A DNA stretch of 63,986 nucleotides, the filler included, from Octopus bimaculoides (Eukaryota), in the NCBI RefSeq assembly GCF_001194135.2. It is 6 parts of 6 records of this genome, joined end to end, with 100 filler letters (N's around TTAATTAATTAA, not from the genome) between each part and the next. Parts side by side here need not be neighbours in the genome. Positions count along the whole stretch, not along the records: positions 24,780 to 52,186 come from NC_068982.1; positions 52,287 to 61,395 come from NC_068990.1; positions 61,496 to 62,727 come from NW_026405143.1; 3 more parts are not named here. The stretch is one strand, 5' to 3'. The notes under the pieces were generated by a model, which saw nothing but the letters and a program-made list of their open reading frames with translations, did not search any database and was not told the origin of the DNA. The position numbers and the translations under genes are program-made. Shown in pieces: positions 50,391 to 62,827 of this stretch. Within the stretch, counting starts at the first letter, position 1. The number at the start of each line of letters is the position of its first letter.

Positions 50391-51229
50391 TCAGGCAAAT
50401 GAATAAATATATGTAAATAATATTTCTTCCCTCTTGGTGTTGATTCTTCGATGTTTACTGGTTACTCCGACGCGAGAACCAAATATAAAAAATAAGCGTG
50501 TAATATGTAACACAGGCAGTAAACAAAAAATAAAATAGAACAGACTGGTGACATTTAGTAGAGATGACCCAGAAGTTGTTCCTCTTCGATTACTATCGCA
50601 AACAGCAGTAGCTTTCTTCAACTGAATACACGTCGTTGATTGGTTAAAATTATCTAATACAGCTTCAACACGAAATAACTTCTAAAATACGAAATTTTGT
50701 CAAAAATGTTCAAAGCAAACCGTCTTCTGCATGAGAAATTATACCAGTATACAAAGTTTCAAATTGTTTAGTTAAAAAATTAATTAAAAAATCTGTAAGC
50801 CAAACTGAATTCATCCAGTATATCTAAATACAGAAAGTAATATAGATAATAATAGAAGAATATATTGTACGAAAGTTATAAAAAATTTACGGAACTTCAA
50901 TATATACAATGTTTTTAACTTTTTTCTTTGGAGCACATATGAAGAGCTTCCTACTGTCGGATAACCTACAGTGGGCTTCTTACTCTGGAACAATCTATAT
51001 ACAATTGACCATGTGAGAAACAGCTCTGTTCTATCTCTTCTATATGGAGACCGGCAACCTATAGTGTTTGACCTTGGGACTTGTTAATGGTCAATGCGTA
51101 ACTAATATTCACTGGGAATTTCAATCATTTGAAAGGAAAGGGGACACCTGTCGGTATTAGTGGTATTCTAGGTATAAATTCAATGTCTCCCTTACCACAT
51201 CCAGTGAGGATTTTTGCTTCGATAATGGT

Positions 51230-51639
51230 CAAATTAATTTAAATGGCACGAAAAGCCTGAAATATTATCAATTTTATTTAGTGCTTTTAGCGGTCACCAT
51301 ACAAACAAACAAACTGCTTTTTATATTAAGTTTTTTTTTTCAGCAGTCAACGTTTTATTCAGTGTTTTCAGCGGTCAACGTACAAACAAAGAAACAAACT
51401 TTGCTTTTTATAAGGATAGAGATGAGATACAGACATTATGGTGAAATAGTACGTAGAAATAGGAGCCAATACACCACCAACACCACCCAACCAATCCGTT
51501 TTCGGAAAATAAGTGCACAGTTATCTACGGCATTGTCAAATTAATTTAAATGACACGAAAAACCAGAAATATTATCACTTTTATTTAGTGTTGTCAGCAG
51601 TAAACGCACAAACAAACTTTGCTTTTATAAGGATAGAGA
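51230..51639 (-). mobile_element. Helitron-like non-autonomous element(s) with repeated 5' ends
   Basis: A^TCTCTATCCTTATAAAA(A)GCAAAGTTTGTTT starting at 51639 and again at 51422; direct repeat 51231-51330 vs 51537-51625. Confidence 0.55.
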
Positions 51640-51649
51640 TATATCTTTT

Positions 51650-51990
51650 ATCTTCTTCTTTCAGTCATTGAACAGCGGCCATGCTTGAGCACAGCCTTGA
51701 AGGGTTTAGTCGAAAAAGATCGCCCCAGTGCTTATTTTTTTTACAGCTTGGTAAACACACACGTTGCCGAGTCGAGATGGATGTAAACAAACACACAAAC
51801 ACATATAGCATAGGTATATACATATACATACGACGAGCTTCTTTCAGTTTCCGTCTATTACTTCCATTCACAACTCTTTGGTCGCCCCATGGTTGAAGTA
51901 GAAGGCGTTGTCCAAGGTGTCACGTACTGGGACTGAACCCGGAGCCATCTGGTTGAGTAGCAGGTAAGCTTCATACCACACAGCTACTCT
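51650..51990 (-). mobile_element. SINE family B
   Basis: Family B motifs in reverse complement. Confidence 0.85.
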
Positions 51991-52142
51991 TTGCTTTCTC
52001 TCATTTTGCATGTATACACACGCGCGCGCGCGCACACACACACACACATTTATATACATCCATTCATCAATCCATCCATCCATCCATACGTACATATATA
52101 TGTGTGTGTGTAGTTATATATGTACTTACATATATGTATTTA

Positions 52143-52186
<44 letters not shown>

Positions 52187-52885
52187 NNNNNNNNNNNNNN
52201 NNNNNNNNNNNNNNNNNNNNNNNNNNNNNNTTAATTAATTAANNNNNNNNNNNNNNNNNNNNNNNNNNNNNNNNNNNNNNNNNNNNGTATGTATATATAT
52301 ATATATATATATATGTGTGTGATAAGCATATATACTTATATATAAAGTATGCTCAAGTGGGTATGATCATGTGTTGTATGTTCGTTCGGTTTCTTTCTGT
52401 TCTTCGTTTCTTTTGACTGATCACACAACAACCTACTCGGCAGCCTTAGAGATCCTAATCCTATATTATGTATTTTTATTGATTTTATGGTATTTCATTA
52501 TAAACTGAAAAAGCTAAAAATCCTGTACGTCTCTGTAGCATATGAAAGAGAGATACAAAACATATAAGCAGACCACAAAACATGAAAAATGGGACGAATT
52601 AAAATGGTTTTAGCATCAGCGAATTTTATCATTTTTTCAATAACATATTAAGCCTTAAGGAAATATGTTAGTAGCGAATGAACGCATGGAAGATTGATTT
52701 AAATATCTAAATGTTCATGAAATAATCCAGGCGATGGAATGTGTAGTTATTGTACAGAAAAAATCTAACATATATCTTTCTTTTTCTTTCGGAAATTTGA
52801 ATTTGAATATTCTTATTATATTTATAATCCACAGTTATATATTTGCGGATTTTTATATACATATTCACACACATTCGTGGACGCG

Positions 52886-52923
<38 letters not shown>

Positions 52924-55729
52924 ATATTATATTATATTGTATTGCATATTATAGAATATTTTGCAGAAGCGCAAAAATATCCCTAAAATCTTAGCCTTTA
53001 GTTTTGTCAATGGTTAATATGTTTTGATTCCTATTAAACTATATTGCATTCAGTATTCTTCCTTCTTCCTCGTGCACCGCGTCCATTATTTTCTTCAAGT
53101 TNNNNNNNNNNNNNNNNNNNNNNNNNNNNNNNNNNNNNNNNNNNNNNNNNNNNNNNNNNNNNNNNNNNNNNNNNNNNNNNNNNNNNNNNNNNNNNNNNNN
53201 NNNNNNNNNNNNNNNNNNNNNNNNNNNNNNNNNNNNNNNNNNNNNNNNNNNNNNNNNNNNNNNNNNNNNNNNNNNNNNNNNNNNNNNNNNNNNNNNNNNN
53301 NNNNNNNNNNNNNNNNNNNNNNNNNNNNNNNNNNNNNNNNNNNNNNNNNNNNNNNNNNNNNNNNNNNNNNATTTGCCTGTAAAAGTTTTATATACATTAA
53401 GTATGAAAAATAATTAGCTATTTAATGTATCTCAATTAACAACGTCTAGTGAAATCACCCTGAAATATTAACCAGTGAATAAATAATGAATTAAGAAATA
53501 CCACTCGAAACCAAATATTATTGATTTCTCTCGGTTGAAGGCGAAAAGAACAGAGTCCGCAATTCACTGAGCGGAAAGAAAAGCACAAGAAATCCGAAGT
53601 ATCATATTATTCTGCATTATTTTCATGGCAGGATTCTCAGTCTAAAAACATTTAGTGTAACAACACTTAAATCTAACGGATTAAATAGAATTATGTTAAA
53701 TGTTTCTAAGTAATTTTAGTTTCTATGTATGGATTTGCGCAAAAGTCTTTCAGATGAAAATGTTTACTCATGCCATGTTATGCATGTTAAAACCACTTAC
53801 ATAAATAATTTGAATGAATTAGTCAAGGAATTTCGTTTATGATACTGAGCTAAGAAGAATTACTGCAACAGACTGACAAATAGAGGTTTGCTCTGGATGT
53901 TGCTGAAAACTATTTAGAAAACTGTAGCATTCTGTTGACTTGCATAAAACAAATTTGGTCTGTAGTTTCTATATAAGTTCTTTGTGCTTTCATTTTGTTT
54001 TCGTTTTATTATACATCATTAAGAACACGGACTCACACAATATGGAAGTAATTGGACGCAAGGCTTATGACGCTGCATTGAGAATTGTTACAACAGATAC
54101 AAATGCTATAAAATTAGAGATCTGACTGCTTTACAAGGATGACATCCAGCCAATTAGGGATCCTTTGGGAGAAACGTCAGCGATGATTATTACACTGGGA
54201 ACGGTGGCTAGGCCATGTGTGTATCGTGCATATAATAGAAAGATGATTAGCGGAGATACAAAAGAATCTGTTCAGTGAAACGATGAAAAGAACATTGATG
54301 AAAATGTTAGGAATATTATATGACATGGAATGGGGAGGATTCCCAATTTTCAGCAAGTTGCTTTGAGTTGCCTTTTGATATGTATAAGGATTGTTGGTTA
54401 TTACATGCACTATGCTCGTTATGTTATGCAATGCATTTATCATGGTTTATGAGTAATGTTTTAAAGTAGATATTTTGTTGGTAATCTGGTATGAAAGCAA
54501 GAAACTAACAAAAGTCTCAATAGTTCTTAAATGATCCTCTTAAACAAAAAAATAAGATTGTTATAAAAAAGAGGAAAAACATCTACAAAATGCATTTTCG
54601 CTGAAGCGAATAGCAGCTAACCAATATACAACTCTCCCAAGCACTCCCAAAGTCGTACCCTTCTTACTGGCAGGCTTATACAAGGTGTTTCGGAAATCTT
54701 TTACATTATAACTTTATTGCCAGCTGACAAAGTCTTACTAGATAGTTTTTACTTTCTTTTTCGTTGCTACCGTTGCCCTTTAAAAGATTAAATTATTATT
54801 TTAGTAATGCTATTGTTTCTAGATTCATGTTTTACCTTGGGTACAATCGGTTATTTTGTAAGTTTTTCACGTCAGCAAAAAGTTATATGAGTAATTGAAA
54901 TAATAGAAGAAATATCTCATGTGGAAAATGGGAAGCGTAACGTTTAGAACAGTAACTTTTGAGAGGGAATTTCTAGGCAATGAAGGAGAAGTAGAAGATA
55001 TTAAAAGAGTTAAATGACGATAAGAACGAGAAGAAAATGAGAAACCCTGATGCTTTGACAACCAATATATAAAGGGGAAGATGTAATACAGAATATAATT
55101 TATAACTACAATATCATAGTTTTAATTCTTTTGTCCATAATTTCAAAGTAAAAACCCCTCTTGAGATTACTTTAGCTTCCATTTCGCTCAATTAAAAAAA
55201 ATTAATCAACCACATTCAAATAATGATTTCTGAAGCCTAATTAAGGAAATACAAAACTCAGTTGATTTGATATTAAACAAAAAATGCAAGATGTTGTGAT
55301 TCCCTGATTCAATCGTTTTGTTTTCATCAAGAATGCAGTTTGTAATTAAGGATCAATCTATTTCTCCATTTCTGCGTTTTCTGTTTCAACCGCTGTCAGC
55401 CTTGATTCGGCTTATCTCAAATGAAGAGCGTTTCAGCAGTTATAATTTCATTTTCTTTATATTTTTTGTCAATATATTCAGTTTCGAATTACTTTATTCA
55501 ATGTGTCCTTTCCTCTTGTATGAGTTTACAGCATAATATAAAGAATTTGACAATTATTTCTATCAAGTGGAACGATAGTGTACAGTTACCCTTGTTGTCA
55601 CATAAGATGCAGAACGCAAACAAATAAATTTTTTTACTGTTGAATTCTTCCATTTCTCATTGGTCGTATATATACGAAGTGGCATCAAAACTTTTCCGGA
55701 TTAGTTCTCTAACGCAGTGAGAGCTAGCA

Positions 55730-56290
55730 GTGTGCGCACATGTGTATGTAAGTGTGTGTGTGTGTGTGCATGTGTGCGTGACCAAATAGTGTGCATGTAT
55801 ATAGTGTATATTTGTGGGCGAAAGTTATCTTCGTCTATGCGTGTTGTGTGTTTTTATTCGTGTTGCGTGTGCGTGTATATATATTGTCTGTGTTCTGGTA
55901 TTATGTGCTTGTGTGGCTATGGGAGTGTGTATGGTGGTATGTGTATTAAGTTAAACAGTGTATGTGGCTGCTGGAATAGGGGTATGTGTGGTGACGCTAT
56001 TGAAGATTGTGTGGGGCTATGTGGATAATGGTGTTAGTATGGGTGTTGAGAAGTGGTCGGTGCTAGTGTGTGTGTGGAGTGGGAAGTTGCTGTGGGTCTG
56101 TGTAATGGTGATTGAAGTGAGTGATGAGTTGAACAATGTATATGAATGTGTGTATCGTGGTGTGTGGGTGTTATGAGGGTACCGAGGTAGGCGGTATGCC
56201 GGTGTGCAGGTGGAGGGGGAAGTTGAATGTGGCAGGTGTGCAGCAATCTGTGTGGGGTTGGTGTCAGACGAAGAGAGGAAGTGAGTTGAG
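55730..56290 (+). repeat. Cryptic GT-rich low-complexity tract
   Basis: Degenerate (GT)n with a strong G+T excess on the + strand. Confidence 0.8.
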
Positions 56291-56439
56291 CCCATATTGC
56301 CCTAGTGTCTGAACAGAGATTTTTCCGACTAAAACCTGTAAAGTAGTCCCCAGTATGGCCGTTTTCCTATGACTAAAAGAAGGAAAGAAGTAAATAAAAA
56401 AGTTACTGATAGACGTTTGAATTATGGAGATATAGGTGC

Positions 56440-56805
56440 AAGAGTGGCTGTGTAATAAGTAGCTTGCTTACCAACCACATGTTCCAGGGTTCCGTCCTAC
56501 TGAGTGGCACCTTGGCTAACTGTCTTCTACTATAGCCCCGGGCCGACGAAAACCTTGTAAGTGGACTTGGTAGACGGAAACGGAAAGAACCCCGTCGTAT
56601 ATATGTGTGTGTGTGTTTGTGAGTCTGTGTTTGTACCCCCAACATCGCTTGACAACTGATGCTGGTGCGTTTACGTCCCCGTAACTTAGCAGTTCGGCAG
56701 AAGAGACTGATAGAATAAGTACTAAGCTTACAAAGAGTAAGTGGTGGGGCCGATTTGTTCGACTAAAAGGCAGTGCTCCAGCATGGCTGCAGTCAAATGA
56801 CTGAA
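56440..56805 (+). mobile_element. SINE family B, full length
   Basis: GAGTGGCTGTGTAATAAGTAGCTTGCTTACCAACCACATG head, core and tail. Confidence 0.92.
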
Positions 56806-57356
56806 AGAAACGTAGAAACGACCAAACAGTTATATTTGCTTCATACCCAATGTGTCTAGTAGAAGATAATTTTATTTCAGCATACTTGAAAAATCATCAT
56901 TGATTAGTACACGCAGAAAATATTAGTTAATCGATATTTTGTAAAATTTCCTAGCTTCTAAATTACAATTTAGAATATCATTGGAATTCAAGTCCAGTCA
57001 AGAAAAGTATAATTATAATTGCATTGTCTGCATTAATTTGATTTTGTCACATACGTTTATTGTGTGCAAAATAACATAATTAAAAAACAGAAAAGCATTT
57101 ATATGTTCCACAAAATCTTGGTGTTTGAAATCGGAAATATAAAGTTTTAAAAATTTAAAAAAAAAAATGCTTTTCAACTGAGTGCAAACTAAAACAAACT
57201 GAAAAGTGTAAAAAACTATGCTTTTAAAATTATCAACTGTTTTCACCACAGTAGTAATTAAATGACTCAGTAGATGTTTGTTTAGATACAGTGTAATTTA
57301 CAGTTTTGTCAGTGCTAATGTTTGTATTTCGGTTTATATACAAATATCCCCGAGGA

Positions 57357-57556
57357 GGTGCTGAAAAGTTCTTGGCTTCATGGGTGTACAGAAAGGTCTG
57401 GCTGGGGGCCCAACCACCTGAGTTCTTTTACAGGACTTAGAAAAACAGAAGGGCTGCCGTAATATGTGTTTGAGCGTGAGAGGGGAATATGTGGAATAAA
57501 TCGTGATTAACTGATCCTCTTGCATTTTCTTTTACCCAGAGCAGGGGACTTTTCGG

Positions 57557-57560
<4 letters not shown>
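57357..57560 (+). mobile_element. Mariner deletion derivative
   Basis: Left TIR CGAGGAGGTGCTGAAAAGTTC; internal RNMCLSVRGEYVE* resembles the mariner transposase C-terminus; decayed right TIR. Confidence 0.65.
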
Positions 57561-57592
<32 letters not shown>

Positions 57593-57657
57593 TTGATTTT
57601 GCTGAGGTGTACCGAACCAGTAAACAGCTGCAACAAACTCAATAAACGTAAGGATTG

Positions 57658-57917
57658 CAGTAGCTCTCAACGATTTTCTTTTTACTTATCGACCCCTCTG
57701 ATTCCTGTTTATACTGATGGACCCCCATAGCCATTCGATGGTTAAAAAAAATCCTATTATATTCTTATAATTAAATATTTTCAGAAATTGTATTAAAAAA
57801 ATTAAAAATATTTTGTGCATTGTAGTATTTTAACCAATGCATTGCATACAAATCTTAACAATAAAGCCTTATGAGGGACCCCCCCAAAAACAATATGGAT
57901 CCCGTTGAGAACCACTG
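57658..57917. mobile_element. Older copy of the hAT MITE family at 10126
   Basis: TIRs CAGTAGCTCTCAAC / GTTGAGAACCACTG and internal homology; no TSD retained. Confidence 0.75.
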
Positions 57918-59185
57918 GTTTCCAGTAACGCATCAAGTCAGTACAGAATCGAATATCAAATAATGAATAACAGAACTAAAATTCTGTAATCACATTCATG
58001 AGCTTAAATTTATTTCTGCTATAAAGAATTTTGCACTCAGCTCTGAAAGAATGTGTAACATCCTATGGCTTCTTACCGAAGTAACAGTCGTAAACTAATG
58101 TAGATTTTTGCGTAAGTCTTGTTCTTTATATTACTAATTGATATATAAATATGTTTGTGTGTGTGTGTGTGTGTGTGCGTTTGTATGTGCGGTTGCGAAG
58201 TAAGAAGTTTGCTTCCCACCCACATGATCTTGGGTTCAGTTCGTCTGCGCGGCACCTTGAGCAAGTGACTTCTACAATAACCTCAGGCCGACCGAAAATA
58301 AATTTTAGCTGAAAACTTAAACTTTAATCACTGGAGCACATACGAATGACTCCTGTCCATTCTCTCTCTCCTGGCAGATTAAATTTACGTGTCTTGACTG
58401 TATCTAATCATGTTCGCTCTACTGTGTCAGCCTTAATTTTCTGCGCAAAATTTACTGTCACTTGACATTGATGCACGAACATTGCAGAAAATCTTAATCA
58501 TGCACGTGATCATTCTCTACAATACTTGCCAGGAAACTCTCAGACAATTGATTATGTAGTGCTCCCACTAGTCATGTTAACTCAACCGTGTCAGCCTTAA
58601 CGCATGACTCCAAATATTGTCACTTAACATTAGCATACGCAGGTAGCGAGGAACCTACATACATTTCTAAAACCAGTCATGTGACTATCCTCTACCAATC
58701 AACTCTTATCCAAAACATATCCTAATTTGAGCCATGTATTTCCTATGAAAATAGGACAAGCTTCAAACACTAGTCAGAATCAACACATTTGCAGCATGAC
58801 CAGCATCTTTCTATCAACGTTTGAAAATCAGTGTCTTTTGTGAAACCGGTTAAATATTTGAATATGATAAACAAATTCTATCTATTCTCACGGCAATTAA
58901 AGTTTGTATTTTTTTAATATTTCTACCCATTTGATATATATATATATATATATATATANNNNNNNNNNNNNNNNNNNNNNNNNNNNNNNNNNNNNNNNNN
59001 NNNNNNNNNNNNNNNNNNNNNNNNNNNNNNNNNNNNNNNNNNNNNNNNNNNNNNNNNNNNNNNNNNNNNNNNNNNNNNNNNNNNNNNNNNNNNNNNNNNN
59101 NNNNNNNNNNNNNNNNNNNNNNNNNNNNNNNNNNNNNNNNNNNNNNNNNNNNNNNNNNNNNNNNNNNNNNNNNNNNNNNNNNNNN

Positions 59186-59221
<36 letters not shown>

Positions 59222-61512
59222 CATATATACAATATACATATGTGTGCATCTATGTATGTGCGTAAGCACGTGCGAATAGTCTTGCTATATTTAGTTAATA
59301 AGATCCCCAATATGAGTTATAATGCTAGTTCAATCGGTACTTAATCTTTGGAAGAGAGCTTAAAGTATTTCTCTGTTTCTGGATAAGAAAGTTCTAGAAA
59401 ACCTCTGAGGAAGCACTAAATTATTGGGAGTTGACTTTTTAAGTCATGTCTTTGTCTTTATTTGAGGAAACTAAAGATATGAAGTAAGTGGCTGCTATAT
59501 TACAAACGATAAACAGACGTGTAGATTGGAGTAGGGAAAATATGAAATTGATGTAGTGTATTGTGCGGCAGTCTATAAAAAAGGAAGTGACTACAGATTG
59601 GTAGACAGATTTTATTAGGGTACAGGCTGACTGAAATCGATGTAGGTTTTGTGGGAGGCCAGACTTATGAAATAATGATAACGATTAAGAACGAATGTAG
59701 TGAAATCAGTAAAACAGAGACATATTAGTTCTTAAATCCGTTAATTGATTGAACGTCATGCTTCTCCTTCCCTAGTGATTTTTGTAAACTATTGAGTGAA
59801 ATTTCCATCGGTCAACTATAGTGTCTACCGATATCTGCTTCTGTGTTGCCTACTTGAAGGCCAAATATGCATCCAGCTTCTAGGGCTGATCATTATACTG
59901 ATACTTGTACTAGTGTCACTTTCCTCACAACGACACAATTCAAATTTTTCATATCGTACAATAACATTACCCACCGAGGCCATAATTGAAATACCTCATC
60001 TTTGGTACTTAAAATTTGCTTGCTTCCATAGGTTCAACCATTTGTTATTAATTTTGGACAAGAGATTTAGGTCATATAGGAGGAAAAATAACAGGGAGTA
60101 AATTTAAATTCCAATAAAAATGTTCGGTTCAAACGTGGGAAAGTGTCGTCTACTGGAACCTCGGGCCAACCAAAGCCTTGTAAGTGGATATAACTGGTTG
60201 TTATATATTTGAGTGTATCTCTGTGTATGCTTGTCTCTTACCACCGCTTAAAAACCTATGCAATTGTTTCACCGTCGGCCTGAATTAAATTGCAAGAAAG
60301 TTATCAGTTATTTCAGCTTTTTTTTCAATGCTGACAATTATTTCTTCTGTTTCCTGTCAATCAATTTGAAATTAGTAAATATGTTTTCACAAGTTCAACT
60401 GCTTTTCACTAATTTCTATTCCTCTGATCCTATCAATTTTCGTAAAGTGATTCGCTGTGATGTATCTATCTAATACAGTACATATAACAATATATATGCA
60501 GTTTAACACTGGAAAAATATGTGCATCGGTAACAATTCTTGAGTATGAATATCTCACTCTTTATTGTGGAGATGCAGTAACGTGTTTACAAAGAAAAATC
60601 TGCTTACACTATTTCTGTTATGAAAGTTTTCACGGTCTTACGTTAAAACACGTGTGACAGCTTGTTCATCATTTTAGAGCATATGTTATACATACCGTAT
60701 AGGTAAACTCTATACATATATAATTTCGTAAACTGAATTCATTGTTTCTATGTGATATATTTCCTTGTGTTATATAAAATGTTTGTTAATGAAATAAATG
60801 TTTTGAAATTAATTTGTAAATTGTTTTAAAATAAATATAGACAATAGATTCCAGAAAGAAGATTTTTTCTAAGCATTTTCTGAGATAGCTGTATTTTAGT
60901 GGCAGAAATTATTTTAATCGCAAGCTTGAAATTTAGGATTTTATTAAAATTCTCATAAACTTGAACTTTAAACAGCTTATATGTATATGAAGAGATAAAA
61001 TACCGATTTATTTGGTAGCATATGATCATGGAAAAATATATATTTTGATTAATAGTTTATTTCCTTCAAAACCTGGTAACAGATTTCGTTTTATGACTAT
61101 CATAGACATAAGTTTTTATTTGCTTTTAACTCTTTAGATAGATTCGTTATTTATACTTGAAATGTTAAATCAGGCACCATATTTTCTATATAAAAAAAAA
61201 TTGTTTTGAAATGAGAAAAAAGCTGTTTGAAGAATGAAAATTCAATGTATTTTCTCGTTTTAATGAGAATGTTTTAAACAGAAAAAAAATGAGGCACAAT
61301 ATCGCACACACGTAAAATATTACGTTCATTTACACTGAAATACGCATAACACAGAAGAAGAGAAAGGCACGCCCACACATAAGTATATATATATANNNNN
61401 NNNNNNNNNNNNNNNNNNNNNNNNNNNNNNNNNNNNNNNTTAATTAATTAANNNNNNNNNNNNNNNNNNNNNNNNNNNNNNNNNNNNNNNNNNNNCTGGA
61501 ATGGACTCTGAC

Positions 61513-61589
61513 CGTTGTCTGTTCAGGCGGTTGAGGAATCGTGAAATTGAAGATTATGGTGTCATTCTTCAAGACCGGTATACCGTTGG
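61513..61589 (-). CDS. Candidate coding exon, possibly from an extracellular protein, unrecognised
   Basis: Strong acceptor CCCATTTTTTCTGTTTCTACAG|. Only one frame is open (xNGIPVLKNDTIIFNFTIPQPPEQTT, two N-x-T sequons). Possible donor ACG|GTCAGA. Confidence 0.35.
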
Positions 61590-62827
61590 CTGTAGAAACA
61601 GAAAAAATGGGCCGCTTGGGAATTAGAGATGAATGATAATATGGAGAGGAAACATTGAATGTACTGGATAGTGTGAGATCTGAAAAATTCAGTGGTACAC
61701 AAAATAAGTGACGAGAGAAGTGAAGGGAGTCGGAGACAAAGCAAGACAATCGTCGAAGAGTTAGAAAAAAACAGAAACTAACAGAATGAGAAAACAACAG
61801 TTCGTCTTTNNNNNNNNNNAAAGAAGAAATTGTGAATCGTTGATCAGCGACTTTATATCAACCAATTGCTTGATCCTTTTTTGCGTGCGGTCTCGGATAT
61901 TTGTATTTGTTACCAGAAATAAGATGTCTATGGTATATTCTACGATGTCATGGCGGCTGTATTTAGGCTTTATATTTCTCCTGCGTGATTATATAGTAAT
62001 ACAGCGATCAAATATTGTTTCTTTTCCATGCATGGCAATAAAGTCTTAACATTACAGATCACCATTTTCCTTCACAGATATTCTTTGTTTATTTTATTTT
62101 ATGAAAACATTTCACCATCATATAAATAAATAGCTGAACATTTACGTTTTTGTATAATGAATATTCAAATNNNNNNNNNNTGCAGAAAATATCACTTTAT
62201 TCTATGCACCCAAAATAGATAGTGTATAAAAATCACGGTCGAAATAGTCTATATTTATGTCGGCGTGATCGATGCGCAAATAGCCTGCGCGCATTTTTAG
62301 ATACAGATAAATATTTAGATCATTAACTTGAAGCGATTTTTGTAAATATGCATATATACAAAGGCGCGTGGTCCAGAAGTAAGCCGTNNNNNNNNNNATA
62401 TACAAAGGCGCGTGGTCCAGAAGTAAGCCGTGTGGTACTGACGTTGGTGAGATTGTGGTTTCGATTCCCAGACCGACTGTCAGTTGTTGTTTTGAGCAAA
62501 ACGCTTCATTCCCGGTCCGTGTCTGTATCCATTATAGAAATCATAGTTTTGAACTTTGATATAGTCATGGCACTACATAAACATATGTATGTCAACACAC
62601 ACATATATATATATATATTTATATAATATATATAACTTACCTAATAACCTTACTTACAAGCATTCATAAGTACGTACACACACATTCATACTTACATACT
62701 CTTGTACACATATTCAGAAATAGATAANNNNNNNNNNNNNNNNNNNNNNNNNNNNNNNNNNNNNNNNNNNNTTAATTAATTAANNNNNNNNNNNNNNNNN
62801 NNNNNNNNNNNNNNNNNNNNNNNNNNN

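Noticed and set aside
53885-54400. Protein-like fragments (RFALDVAENYLENCSILL; LAEIQKNLFSETMKRTL)
   Set aside because: Interrupted by stops, weak donors, and no identifiable family.
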